Shown: positions 18,339-27,894 of the stretch, piece by piece
Layout: every line of letters starts with the position of its first letter
How positions within the stretch are numbered: position 1 is the first letter of the stretch
Sequence record: NC_073063.1
Origin: Escherichia phage vB_EcoS_PNS1
DNA: 43,945 nt
Reading direction: 5' to 3' (one strand)
Made by a program: the position numbers and the translations under genes
The notes under the pieces: model-generated
Seen by the model: only the letters and a program-made list of their open reading frames with translations
The model's database searches: none
What the model was told of the DNA's origin: nothing

Positions 18339-20630
18339 CTACTTGCGGTAACGATACATACAATCGCCTTCTGCGGCAAGCGGGAAGCCTTTCGCCCAAA
18401 TCGGCAGGTCACACATCAGCGCGCACAACTCCTCGGTTGTGTAGTCGTCAGTATCCGGCACTTCGGTGATCAATTCATCGTGCACTGACAGTACGATCTC
18501 ATAGCCCGCAGCCTCAACGCCGGGCATGGACCACGCGAGGATATCGCGACACAGCGCCTGTACGATGTTTTCCGTCAGTTTGCCGCCGTAGGTATACTGG
18601 AATCCCCACTGGCGCGTCGTCTGATTCTCGCCCTGGTATTTGATGCGGGTGCTGGTGCGCTTCTTGCCGGTATCTTCGTCGATCTCGGTTGTCACTGACA
18701 GCGCAATGCCTGGGTAACTCATAATACGCCCCGACGGCAACTCAATTTTCAACCACCACCCAGCGGCGTTCGGGTCGTCGCGCTCCTCGTCGAAGGTTGG
18801 GTCGTGCTTCGCCTTCGTTCGAACAATCTTGAGCGCTTTCCTGCCATCCGGGCGAACGTTCGCGCCAGCCCAGTACGCTTTACCAGGATTTCGGATTGCA
18901 CATAACACCGCATCCTCAAGCTCGGCCCAAAATGCTACGGTCTTCGGGTGGGCCTCACGCCACATGCGTTTGATCGCGTCGCATGTCAGCCATACGTTTT
19001 TAGGCAGTATGTAGGTTGGGCGCTCGTCTTTCTTGCCAGGCTTCGGCGGGCGCTTCGCTTCGTTAATGCGAGCGTACTCATAACCACGCTTCGCCGCCGC
19101 CCAAATGTGATCCGGGAATGTGCCCTTCATGACGTCCGCCATCGCGTACAGGTCCAGTCCCAGGTTTTTAGCGAATTGCAAGAACGCCGCGACGCCGCCA
19201 CCATAGCCCAGTCCCAATTCGCAAGCCTTACCGATCTGGCGTAAATCCTTACGGTTAGCTTTGATGTAGTCCGGGTCGAGGCCGAACATCTTACCGGCAG
19301 TCTCACAATAAATATCGCGACCGGCCTTAAACACCATTAGCGCGGTTTTCTCGCCAGCGATCCAGGCAAGCCCGCGCCCTTCAACGTTGGAGTAGTCCGC
19401 TACGACAAACTTCTTGCCCTTTGCGGGGATAATGCACCCGCGAACGGTCGAGGCGGTTAGCTTCGATATGTCATACGCCCAGTGCGCGGTCCCGCGTAAC
19501 AGGGAGTTGATGCCGTTGGTGAGCATGTGCGACCGGACCCAAAAAGCGACGTCGCTCTCGCCTTCGCGGCGCTTAATCTTCCCTTCGTGGTCGTCGCTAT
19601 ACTCGCCGCGTGCCAGGTTTTGCGGCTGAAAGCTTTTACCGGCCCAGCGCAGCGTGCGCTTTGCGCCGCCATACTGAAGACATCCACGGCGGCGACCATC
19701 TGCGGATAAGCCGTTAACTAGCGGATTGTATTTAGTCGATGCCGTTGATGACGCGCCGAGGCGCATTTCTATAAGCGCTTTGCCTTCGTCGGGGAAGTCC
19801 GGGTCTTCAAGCAGGTCGTTAAGTGTGGATTTCTGCGCGTTGTGGATTGTGAACGCCGGGGCGATATCACGCAGGATTGGCAGGAATTCATTGCCGGTAA
19901 GCTTACCGCCGAAGCGCTCCCAGGCTTCTTCCTTCAATTCTTCTTTATGCGCCTGTACCGCTTTGATCGCGGCGTTCGCCAGATCAACGTCCACGTAGAA
20001 GCCGCGGTCGTTGACCAACTGGTCAATAAGCAGGATTTCATCTTCCTTCGGCGTGTTGCCCCAGTCCGGTATGCGCCAATAGACTTCCCTCATAGCGATG
20101 ATATCCAACGCGGCATAGCGCAGGAATTTAGCCCACTCCTCTGGGTGCGTCTCGCGCGTGTAGCGGCGGATTTTGTAGGTCTTAGGGGTAGGCTTACAGA
20201 ATCGTTTGATCAGCGCCTTGCCCGCCTTATCCTTCGCGTGCTCTGCGTCAACGCCCAGCACCTGGCACTGCATATCGAGGCTACCGGGCAGCGCGTGGCG
20301 AAAAGCCATAATCATGGTGTCTTCGATCTGGCTTACCGGCAGGTCAATACCCCACTTCTCACGGATAACCAGGCGGTCAAACAGGAGGCCGTTAGCCATC
20401 ACTATTTTTGCTTTCTTGCGGGATACCCGGCGGAGCGCCTTGCGCAGTTCACGCGGCATTGTGGGGAATTCAGTGCAATCCCATGTCTGCACGCGGCCCT
20501 CGTCGATGGCGTAGGTGCAAATCATAATCTCGGTGGTTGGGTGCTCTGCGTAGGCGTACGCCCCAACTTTCTTCAGGTCCACCCCGCTAAATGTCTCGGT
20601 ATCGAGAAACAGGCGTTCGAAGTCTTTCAT
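18339..20630 (-). CDS. family A DNA polymerase with 3-prime to 5-prime exonuclease domain
   Basis: 763 aa; exo motif LFLDTETFSG, O-helix/motif B region ...GKACELGLGYGGG, motif C SVHDEL. Confidence 0.95.
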   Translation of the reverse strand: MKDFERLFLDTETFSGVDLKKVGAYAYAEHPTTEIMICTYAIDEGRVQTWDCTEFPTMPRELRKALRRVSRKKAKIVMANGLLFDRLVIREKWGIDLPVSQIEDTMIMAFRHALPGSLDMQCQVLGVDAEHAKDKAGKALIKRFCKPTPKTYKIRRYTRETHPEEWAKFLRYAALDIIAMREVYWRIPDWGNTPKEDEILLIDQLVNDRGFYVDVDLANAAIKAVQAHKEELKEEAWERFGGKLTGNEFLPILRDIAPAFTIHNAQKSTLNDLLEDPDFPDEGKALIEMRLGASSTASTKYNPLVNGLSADGRRRGCLQYGGAKRTLRWAGKSFQPQNLARGEYSDDHEGKIKRREGESDVAFWVRSHMLTNGINSLLRGTAHWAYDISKLTASTVRGCIIPAKGKKFVVADYSNVEGRGLAWIAGEKTALMVFKAGRDIYCETAGKMFGLDPDYIKANRKDLRQIGKACELGLGYGGGVAAFLQFAKNLGLDLYAMADVMKGTFPDHIWAAAKRGYEYARINEAKRPPKPGKKDERPTYILPKNVWLTCDAIKRMWREAHPKTVAFWAELEDAVLCAIRNPGKAYWAGANVRPDGRKALKIVRTKAKHDPTFDEERDDPNAAGWWLKIELPSGRIMSYPGIALSVTTEIDEDTGKKRTSTRIKYQGENQTTRQWGFQYTYGGKLTENIVQALCRDILAWSMPGVEAAGYEIVLSVHDELITEVPDTDDYTTEELCALMCDLPIWAKGFPLAAEGDCMYRYRK

Positions 20631-20797
20631 TGCTTTATCCTCACTACGGCGTCAGCGCTGCCGATCATGGAGAAGATACCGTCGGAAAGGGTTATCTCCT
20701 CGCCGTTGTTGCGAATCTCGGCGACTGTGAAATATTCCCCCAGTAGCTTAGACCATACCTGCATTCCGACTTTCACTTCGCTGGCTTTAATACGCAT
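20627..20797 (-). CDS. small hypothetical protein (56 aa), translationally coupled to DNA polymerase
   Basis: ATG at 20797, stop TGA overlaps polymerase ATG (ATGA); not in the ORF track (below size cutoff). Confidence 0.35.
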   Translation of the reverse strand: MRIKASEVKVGMQVWSKLLGEYFTVAEIRNNGEEITLSDGIFSMIGSADAVVRIKQ

Positions 20798-20814
20798 TTT
20801 TCATTGTCCTATTA

Positions 20815-20845
20815 AAAAGCCCGCATTAAGCGGGCTTGAATAGTG
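20815..20845 (-). terminator. rho-independent terminator (minus strand)
   Basis: Stem gcccgc/gcgggc with loop ttaat followed by T-run on the minus strand, after gene 20856..21632. Confidence 0.5.
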
Positions 20846-20855
20846 GGCTTTGCCC

Positions 20856-21632
20856 TTAACGGCGGCGACGTTTACGTGGTGCTTCGTCTTCGTCCTCATC
20901 TTCGTCATCGCGTGGCTTACGACGTTTGCGAGGTTTTTCATCTTCCTCATCGTCGTCGTCATCGCGGCGCTTGGATTTTTTGGACTTGCGCGGTTTGTCG
21001 TCTTCGTCATCGTCATCACGACGTTTTGACTTTTTGGACTTGCGCGGGCTTTCGTCTTCGTCATCGTTGTCCAGGTCTTCGTCGGAACATGAAGACCCGC
21101 CACCTCCGAAGGCTTCGCCGTCTTCACGGAATCGCAGACCCAGCAAGCCAGCCCCGAGTCCCTTGCCGTTGGTATTGTTCCACGCCCAAATATCCAGGGA
21201 CACATTGCAATAACAACCGGAGTAGATCTCCTGGCCTTCGATCTCGTCGCCTTCTACGGTCAGACCTTGTTCCGTCTGCTTCTCGCCGAGTGACGTTTGA
21301 ATGATCGGCTGTTTGAACGATTTGGCGTTGATGTACAACATGCCTTCAAATTCTTCGGTTACTTCGTCGCGCTCGTCACCGTCGCGAACTGCGCATTCCT
21401 TAGAATCTTGGGCGTAGTGGCGGTCCATCCACTTATCGGCATTCTTCTCGGATTTCAGCTTGTCGGTGAGCACTGCGCGCGCTGCCGCTTCCACTTTGTC
21501 CACCTGCGGATCTTCTTTATCCAGAAGAATCACTGCACGGTATGCCGGTTTTTGTCCATCCTGTTTAGGGGTATCGCGCTCCCAAATTTTAAGGAAACAT
21601 ACGCGCACATTTTTCAGGTTGACTTTAGCCAT
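20856..21632 (-). CDS. putative ssDNA-binding protein (DUF2815-like) with repetitive charged C-terminal tail
   Basis: 258 aa from ATG 21632 (GAGGA RBS); N-terminus MAKVNLKNVRV...; C-terminal tandem repeats PRKSKKSKRRDDDD encoded by ~54-bp DNA repeats around 20975-21075. Confidence 0.6.
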   Translation of the reverse strand: MAKVNLKNVRVCFLKIWERDTPKQDGQKPAYRAVILLDKEDPQVDKVEAAARAVLTDKLKSEKNADKWMDRHYAQDSKECAVRDGDERDEVTEEFEGMLYINAKSFKQPIIQTSLGEKQTEQGLTVEGDEIEGQEIYSGCYCNVSLDIWAWNNTNGKGLGAGLLGLRFREDGEAFGGGGSSCSDEDLDNDDEDESPRKSKKSKRRDDDDEDDKPRKSKKSKRRDDDDDEEDEKPRKRRKPRDDEDEDEDEAPRKRRRR

Positions 21633-21722
21633 TTTCCAATTCCTCATTTTCACATGTATCGGGGTTATTGGAAGCCACCCCGTTCGGCTTGGTTGCTAAT
21701 CTACTTGGTTGCGCCTAAGCGG

Positions 21723-21965
21723 TCAAGCATTTTCATTAAAAAGATTCCGGGTCACGTAGTTGGTGGCGTTCTCGATCCAGCTTAACGGCGGGCGTTCGAT
21801 GTTCTTTTCCACCCAATCGACGGCAACTTCGCTATAGCCGTCATCCAGCCAGCGGGTCGGATGGCGAATCATCCACGCCACCATTAACACGCCTTGCACG
21901 CAATGCAGGATAAAGCCCAGCGCGCCGATCAAAAACATCAATAAGATTGCGAATACTTTATTCAT
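21723..21965 (-). CDS. small membrane protein
   Basis: 80 aa with hydrophobic N-terminal helix (FAILLMFLIGALGFIL); GAGGA RBS. Confidence 0.4.
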   Translation of the reverse strand: MNKVFAILLMFLIGALGFILHCVQGVLMVAWMIRHPTRWLDDGYSEVAVDWVEKNIERPPLSWIENATNYVTRNLFNENA

Positions 21966-23388
21966 TACTTAAGTCCTCGTCGGTAGCTTCGGACCACGCG
22001 GGGCGTGGGTCGTCTATAGGGGCTAATACCGGTTTAGCCGGTGCGCGCGTGATTTTATCACACAATTTCGCCCACACTTTCGGCTTCTCTTCCTTCAATA
22101 CCTTCTCGGCATCAGTAGGGCTGAGTAATGTTTCTTTGTACATAACATCGCGCTTGATCCGGGCCTTCGTGAAGATTTCAATCACTTCGCTTTCGTCCGC
22201 CCACTTGCGGATCCCTTCCTTACCGGCGACCATCTTGAGGCCCAGCGATTCGCCGTCGCCCGCCATTACCGCCTTGAATACCGCGTACTCGATAGCCTTG
22301 ATGTGCTGGCGCATTGCGTCCAGACCCTCATATGCCTTGCGCAGTTCCGCCGCGCTCATAGCGCCTGGTGCCGCTTCTTTCTTACCACGCTTCGCACGTC
22401 GTGCCGCTTTCCTGGCTTCGCGGGCCGTATTGCGGTCGTGATTGGCGCATTCTTCCTCTGTCGCGATACTCACGTCGTCTCCCAGGTCTTCGTCTGTTGC
22501 CGTTGGTGGGGTCATCGTGTCGATTGCGGCCTTAGCGCGGGCGCTACACTGATCCGCAAATCTGCACCACTGACACGCATCAACGCTCGGTCGGAAGTCG
22601 GCACGGGTGAGTCCCTTCTTGCCGCGGGCGTACGCTTCCAGGGCGGCGATAGCACGCTTGGACGCAAACTTCGCGAATATCTCCAGCGCTTCCACTGTAA
22701 TATCCCACTCCGATGCCCCGCCGCAATACGGCTGGAAGATGACCAGTCGCACGGTCGTAATGTCGTACATGGTTTGCAGCTTGCGCAGCAGGCCGAGCGC
22801 GTACAACATAAGCTGTTTGTTTTTTTTCGCCTCTACCTTATGTCGCCCGGTCTTCAGGTCGCCAACAATCAGCATGTACGTGCCGTCGGTCTTCTTCATG
22901 ACCATGACCATATCGGCAGTGCCGAACGTCTTAACCCGGTTGCCGTCGATCTCGAAGCCAGAGTGTAGGACGCGGGTAAGATCGGCGCGCATCTCAAGCT
23001 GGACAAACTCCGCCACTTCGAGAAGCGGTCGCCAGTGGTCAATGTACGCGTCGCACTGTTTCACCATATCGTCGTTGACCAGTACGCCGCCTTTCGGTGC
23101 TTTCGGGTGCGCCTTTACTGGCCCCTTGCCTTCATTCTCGACGTAACATCCTTTACACGTCTTTGCTGTTATCAGCTTTTCACCGGCGATAATGCGGTTT
23201 AGCACCACTTCAGATACGGTGTGCATACTCGTACCGTTAATCGCGGCTTGCCCGGATTCGTTCGGGATATCTTTTTCTACCACCAGGGCGGCGGGACACC
23301 CCATCCATTTTTTAGCACCTGATGGGCCAAGTAATGAGTGTTCCGTATTACTACCGGATTGCGTTTTACGTTTTGGTTTAATCGCCAT
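21958..23388 (-). CDS. PD-(D/E)XK nuclease, DUF2800/Cas4-like, with C-terminal cysteine cluster
   Basis: 476 aa; N-terminal SGSNTEHSLLGPSGAKKWMGCPA and CQWCRFADQC cluster; typical neighbour of DUF2815 and PolA in phage replication modules. Confidence 0.75.
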   Translation of the reverse strand: MAIKPKRKTQSGSNTEHSLLGPSGAKKWMGCPAALVVEKDIPNESGQAAINGTSMHTVSEVVLNRIIAGEKLITAKTCKGCYVENEGKGPVKAHPKAPKGGVLVNDDMVKQCDAYIDHWRPLLEVAEFVQLEMRADLTRVLHSGFEIDGNRVKTFGTADMVMVMKKTDGTYMLIVGDLKTGRHKVEAKKNKQLMLYALGLLRKLQTMYDITTVRLVIFQPYCGGASEWDITVEALEIFAKFASKRAIAALEAYARGKKGLTRADFRPSVDACQWCRFADQCSARAKAAIDTMTPPTATDEDLGDDVSIATEEECANHDRNTAREARKAARRAKRGKKEAAPGAMSAAELRKAYEGLDAMRQHIKAIEYAVFKAVMAGDGESLGLKMVAGKEGIRKWADESEVIEIFTKARIKRDVMYKETLLSPTDAEKVLKEEKPKVWAKLCDKITRAPAKPVLAPIDDPRPAWSEATDEDLSNE

Positions 23389-23545
23389 TATTCCACCCTT
23401 GAAAATTGAGCAATGTAATAATCGTGTTCAACATTGTCCCGCTTCGCGTCTTCGTTCATTGTCAAAGCCAGTTCTCATGCCTGATTATTTCTGGTAGCTC
23501 GTCGCCAGTGATACGGCAGCGAAATAAAACGAAAAATATAGCCAT

Positions 23546-23797
23546 TTATTTTGTCTCCCAGCGGTCAATTGTTTTTGCTTCGGATGCAACGGCGAAGCGA
23601 ACATATTCCAGATTGGAGTCAGCCCAAATATAAAAGTCGGGATTAGTAAAGGTGGTGCGCTTAATTTGCGCGGGGGTGTTGCGGCGTTTATCAATTACGG
23701 CAACGCGCGACTGAAAGCTGCCGATGCGTTCGAATAGCCAATAATATGGGCGCTGGTCGCGGGAATCCACCGCCTCGATTAGCGTGAAGCGTGCCAT
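23546..23797 (-). CDS. hypothetical protein
   Basis: 83 aa, ATG 23797 with GAGGA RBS. Confidence 0.5.
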   Translation of the reverse strand: MARFTLIEAVDSRDQRPYYWLFERIGSFQSRVAVIDKRRNTPAQIKRTTFTNPDFYIWADSNLEYVRFAVASEAKTIDRWETK

Positions 23798-23810
23798 TGT
23801 CTCGTCCTCT

Positions 23811-23837
23811 AAAAATAAGCCCGCAGATTAGCGGGCC
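23811..23837 (-). terminator. rho-independent terminator after first early gene (minus strand)
   Basis: Stem ggcccgc/gcgggc followed by T-run on the minus strand. Confidence 0.45.
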
Positions 23838-23844
23838 GGATATA

Positions 23845-24357
23845 TTAGTCTTCCAGTTCGAAATATGTTTCGACGATTTCTTTCAGATCTTTGTGGAAGT
23901 CTTCTACGTCGTCATCTTCCAGTTTTGCGATCGATTTGATCTCGAACGCTTCCAGCAGGTCGTCAAATTCGTCGTTGGCATCGTCGTCATCACCACCGGC
24001 GATAATCGCGGCATACTGTTTGATTTCGTCGCGCATCTCTGCCAGCGGGTCGGCATCTTTCTTACCTTTGCCTTTCGCCGGTGCTTTTTTACCCTTCGCC
24101 GGTTTTTCGTCTTCGGCTTCTTCATCGTCGTCATCTTCTACGACTTCTTTTTTGGCCTTACCTTTAGCCGGTGCTTTTTTGGTTTTCGCCGGTTTTTCGT
24201 CTTCATCGTCGTCATCTTCTACGACTTCTTTTTTGGCCTTAGACGGCTTCTTGTCTTCCTGCTTACCAACGGCAGCGCCAACGGTTTCATAATGCTTAGC
24301 GATGGTTTCCAGTGCTACTACGCCGCGAGTGATCAGGTTTACGATTTGCTCAAACAT
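23845..24357 (-). CDS. acidic tandem-repeat protein, first gene of the early operon
   Basis: 170 aa from ATG 24357 (GGAGA RBS); two copies of KKEVVEDDDDE(D/E)EKPAK.KKAPAKGK plus acidic C-terminus; an upstream in-frame ATG at 24537 has no RBS. Confidence 0.6.
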   Translation of the reverse strand: MFEQIVNLITRGVVALETIAKHYETVGAAVGKQEDKKPSKAKKEVVEDDDDEDEKPAKTKKAPAKGKAKKEVVEDDDDEEAEDEKPAKGKKAPAKGKGKKDADPLAEMRDEIKQYAAIIAGGDDDDANDEFDDLLEAFEIKSIAKLEDDDVEDFHKDLKEIVETYFELED

Positions 24358-24553
24358 GGTATATCTCCGATTGGTTAAGTTTATGTGTCGGCAGTAAACT
24401 TCGTCGGTGGCCTTAACATAGTGCCAGGTTACGCGTTCTCCCTTTCGGGTAGTGGACCTGGTTATATAATCACGGTTGGGAATCCTGACACTTCGATCCG
24501 GCCCCTGCGTTGCCCCTCTCCAGTTTGCGTCCTGCATCCTGTCGACGAGGTGA

Positions 24554-24582
24554 ATATTAGATTGGTTGCAGAAGGGAGTCAA
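24554..24582 (-). promoter_or_regulatory. sigma70-like early promoter (minus strand)
   Basis: Minus strand reads TTGACT, 17-bp spacer containing CTGCAACCAAT, then TAATAT. Confidence 0.5.
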
Positions 24583-24590
24583 CAACTAAT

Positions 24591-24627
24591 TTAAAAAAAA
24601 AAGCGCCGAAGCAAAATGCGACGGCGC
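24591..24627 (-). terminator. hairpin plus T10 run (minus strand) upstream of the early promoter
   Basis: Inverted repeat gcgccg/cggcgc followed on the minus strand by ten T. Confidence 0.4.
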
Positions 24628-24758
24628 TAACCAATAAGAGACAATGAGACGGGAGTATTATTACACGCGTTCGCGCCCGTTTCAATATTCCAAAGGAGTT
24701 GACACCCCGCGGTTTTAGGTGTAGTTTCGTTGGTCATTAACCAACCGGAGACAGAATA

Positions 24759-25088
24759 ATGAATATCAACGACGCAATCGAAATGTTAACTAAAACTGTT
24801 TGCAGTGAGACTAGCCGGTCCTGGGCGTATACCGATGCCGTGGGTGCGGTGCTATTTGAAATCGAACGTCTGCGACTTACCGAAAAAGCATTGCGCGCGA
24901 AGCTGGAATTACTCAACGGTACGGCAGCCAGCAAGCTGCAAAAACACAATGAAGAAATGGAAGAATACAAAAAACAGGTTATCCGTCTACGTGAGGAAGG
25001 TAAATCCTGGGCCATGATCGCCGAGCTAACCGGAATTAATCAGAGCACAGTGCGCTCATGGGTACGCAATAATAAAACTTCTAAGTAA
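24759..25088 (+). CDS. HTH DNA-binding protein, candidate transcriptional regulator
   Basis: 109 aa; C-terminal SWAMIAELTGINQSTVRSWVRN helix-turn-helix; first plus-strand gene after the divergent region. Confidence 0.6.
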   Translation: MNINDAIEMLTKTVCSETSRSWAYTDAVGAVLFEIERLRLTEKALRAKLELLNGTAASKLQKHNEEMEEYKKQVIRLREEGKSWAMIAELTGINQSTVRSWVRNNKTSK

Positions 25089-25098
25089 GGCCACGGCA

Positions 25099-27363
25099 AT
25101 GAGCTTAATTAAATTCGCTGTAACACGACCCGCTAAAAAAGGCGAAAAAGCCAGGGCGGAAAACTTCCAGATGACCACCGATGAATTTTTCGAATTTATC
25201 AATGACGCGAAAGAAATCTCCTCGGTGCATATCAACAAGACGGAAGATAAAGCCGAGTATGCGCGCCGCAAGCGTAAGGCCGATGGCATCGTGGCGTATA
25301 CCAGTGACGGCTTACGCCGCAAGACCAGTGCGGTGGACCGCTCGATCCTGTTCTTCGATATTGACCGCACCGACACCCGCACCTTACGCCGCTGCCGTAA
25401 GGCTTTCATCGACGCGGGGCTGGAGCACGTATTCCACACCACTACGGGCGACCGCCACCCGCTGAAGGGCGGAACGCGTTGCGCCCGTTTCCTGGTGCTC
25501 ACTGACAAGCCTGTCCCGGCGGAAGACCTGGGCCGTGTCCAGTATGCGCTATTACACCAACTGGGTCTGTCAGATGTGGACTTCGACGATTGCACGAAAG
25601 ACACAAACCGCCTGATGTACCTGCCGCACCAGCAATCGGTTATTAAGTGCCACTATGGCAAACGTGCCAGTGTCCGTCGTCTGCTTCGCCTGGCGGATAA
25701 GCTGGGGGTGGAGAAGGAGGAAGTCCGCCGCGAACTGACCAAGGGCGACGACGCCGTGGCAGACGGCATTCTGGACTGGTGCTTCCAGGCGGGATTCGAG
25801 GAGTTATCTTCCGGGCGGGGCTATGAAGTGCCGTGCCCTAACGAACACCTGCACAGCGGCGAAGGGTCCACCGCCATAATGGTCAAGGATGGCGAGATCC
25901 GTTTCAAGTGTATGCACACCGGCAACGAGTGCTGCTCGGAGCTGAACAGACACCAGCACCTGGCGCTCCGTCTTATCGGTATCCCGGACCACCTGAACGT
26001 CGAGCCGCACAACATGTCACGTAAGCAAATCGCCGCCATCCTGCCAGGTCTGGACGACGAGGAAGTCGAATCATTATATGATCATATTGTTGATGCGGTA
26101 GGCGACGGCGAAGAATACGGCGTGTGCACCGATTCGGATCTGGATAACGAGCCGGTCGCACTGTTCAGCAAGCACGACCCGATCATCGAAGGTCTGATTA
26201 ACTTTAAATCGACCTGGTATCTCGCCGGTGAGTCGAACATTGGTAAGTCTTTCTATGTGCTGGGGCAAATGGCTTCAGTATCTGCCGGTATTCCGTTTGG
26301 TGGGGCGAAGGTCGTCCAGTGCCACAACTTCTATTTCGATGCGGAAGGTGGTGAAGCCTCTAACCAGCGTAAAGAAGCATTGCAGATTAAATACGAGCAC
26401 GACCTGGATAAGCTGCACATTATCGATCTGCAATCACGCGGCTGGGATATCACCAGCAAATCAGGCTTGCGCGAAGTTATCAGCTTTATCAACCGCACCG
26501 CTAACGGCGAACCGGTTGGCCTGGTGGCGTTCGACTCACTCAACCAGACTGTTGCGTTGCGGTCCGCGGATGCTAAACCGTTCGACGAGAACAACGCCAG
26601 CGATATGGGTGAAGTGGTCAAAGCGCTGAAGGCCATCGCGGAAAATACAGGTGGCAGTGCGGGCGTCATCCACCACCCGGCGAAGGGTGCAAACGGCAGC
26701 AGAACCCCACGCGGGTCCGGCGCGCTGCATGGTGCTGTCGATTCTGCGTTCTTCCTGGAACAGCCGGACGACAACCAGCCAGGCCAATTGAACCTGTATC
26801 ACGAAAAGGCACGTAACGGCATCAAGCAAGCGCCGCGAGGCTTCGTCCTGCTCAAGTGCAAGGTGAAGGTGGATCTCCGCAAGTCAGAAGCGTTCGCGTC
26901 GCACCAGTCCACCAGCACCGGGCCAGACTTCGGTGACGTGGTTGCCGGTTGGGACGTCAAGCCAATTGCATCCACGCCACGCGACGAGACTCTGTATCTC
27001 GTACCGGTCGCCCTGGCACCGTTCGCCATCGAACAGGCAAAGTCCGCTGGCAAGGCCGCAGTTAAGGAAGAGAACGCCGCAGGACCGCGCAATGAAAAAG
27101 AGAAAGTGCTCTATGCGGCGCTGGAAAAACTGATGGAAGATAACCCGGACAATACCGGATTCAGCAAATCGGCAATTGTCCGCCAGGCTGGACTGGCAAA
27201 AGGTGGAACATCGACGAAGGCAATCGACGATATGGTCGAGCGCGGCGTACTCGGTTTTTATACAGACCCACACACCGGAGCCATCTATGGGTCGTCGAAT
27301 ATCGTCATCAAAACGAATATACCCATCACGCTTTCGGCGACCGATGACGACCTGAAAGATTAA
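25099..27363 (+). CDS. primase/helicase-type replication initiator (RecA-fold ATPase domain)
   Basis: 754 aa; Walker A GESNIGKS, Walker B-like LVAFDSLNQ; central Cys/His cluster; iterons begin at its stop codon. Confidence 0.85.
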   Translation: MSLIKFAVTRPAKKGEKARAENFQMTTDEFFEFINDAKEISSVHINKTEDKAEYARRKRKADGIVAYTSDGLRRKTSAVDRSILFFDIDRTDTRTLRRCRKAFIDAGLEHVFHTTTGDRHPLKGGTRCARFLVLTDKPVPAEDLGRVQYALLHQLGLSDVDFDDCTKDTNRLMYLPHQQSVIKCHYGKRASVRRLLRLADKLGVEKEEVRRELTKGDDAVADGILDWCFQAGFEELSSGRGYEVPCPNEHLHSGEGSTAIMVKDGEIRFKCMHTGNECCSELNRHQHLALRLIGIPDHLNVEPHNMSRKQIAAILPGLDDEEVESLYDHIVDAVGDGEEYGVCTDSDLDNEPVALFSKHDPIIEGLINFKSTWYLAGESNIGKSFYVLGQMASVSAGIPFGGAKVVQCHNFYFDAEGGEASNQRKEALQIKYEHDLDKLHIIDLQSRGWDITSKSGLREVISFINRTANGEPVGLVAFDSLNQTVALRSADAKPFDENNASDMGEVVKALKAIAENTGGSAGVIHHPAKGANGSRTPRGSGALHGAVDSAFFLEQPDDNQPGQLNLYHEKARNGIKQAPRGFVLLKCKVKVDLRKSEAFASHQSTSTGPDFGDVVAGWDVKPIASTPRDETLYLVPVALAPFAIEQAKSAGKAAVKEENAAGPRNEKEKVLYAALEKLMEDNPDNTGFSKSAIVRQAGLAKGGTSTKAIDDMVERGVLGFYTDPHTGAIYGSSNIVIKTNIPITLSATDDDLKD

Positions 27364-27500
27364 TTTGTGCGCGCATTGGTTGCCGATATGGGAATTCCCA
27401 TATCGCTAAAAGATTAATTTGTGCGCGCATTGGTTGCCGATATGGGAATTCCCATATCGCTAAAAGATTAAATTCTGCGCGCATTGGTTGCCATTTAGGG
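27361..27500. repeat. tandem 54-bp iterons each with a 20-bp perfect palindrome; candidate replication origin
   Basis: Units at 27361-27414 and 27415-27468 are identical, third partial; palindrome GATATGGGAATTCCCATATC at 27385-27404 and 27439-27458; each unit carries ATTGGTTGCC. Confidence 0.8.
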
Positions 27501-27544
27501 TGTTTTTATCCGGTCGTATTGGTTGCCGTGTAGTGTAAATATAA

Positions 27545-27740
27545 TGAATAGTTATGCAGTTTTATTGCATAAAGTAAGCGGGACAGAAAGCGGGACAAAC
27601 AAGGGGCGGGACAAAGCGGGACAGCACCCCTGTCCCGCCCCGGATGACGCGGCCTGGCGAGGAGCGGGACAGGCGGGACAAACCCCAGTCTTTCAGACTA
27701 GACGGGGGGTCTGTCACCCCCCTCGTCTGAGACTGCATAA
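27545..27740. repeat. GCGGGACA repeat array with palindrome GGGACAGCACCCCTGTCCC and terminal hairpin; copy B
   Basis: About 190 bp, about 85 percent identical by eye to the 3-prime part of 113-432; palindrome at 27618-27636. Confidence 0.8.
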
Positions 27741-27894
27741 AATCCGGTATTGCAAAATACACGGCAGCATGTTGCGGATCGCGGTCGTCGCTGAACTAGG
27801 CAACCAATGCGAGATGCAGAACGGGGTGTGAAAAATGCAGTTTGCAGATTCAGCAGATAGCGATCAACTTTTTCATACGCGTGATTAATATTGG

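Noticed and set aside
19842-20843. 333-aa plus-strand ORF
   Set aside because: Antisense to the DNA polymerase gene, which has clear catalytic motifs; no RBS.
22303-22968. 221-aa plus-strand ORF
   Set aside because: Antisense to the DUF2800-like nuclease gene.
23791-24378. 195-aa plus-strand ORF rich in Phe
   Set aside because: Antisense translation of the repeat region of the acidic protein gene; low-complexity artefact.
24358-24585. N-terminal extension of the acidic protein ORF (track start 24585)
   Set aside because: Would start with TTG upstream of the predicted -35 element with no RBS; the ATG at 24357 has a GGAGA RBS. An ATG at 24537 remains a weak alternative.
27361-27500. Possible CRISPR array
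   Set aside because: Only 2.5 copies of a 54-bp unit with no unique spacers between them; these are iterons, not repeat-spacer units.
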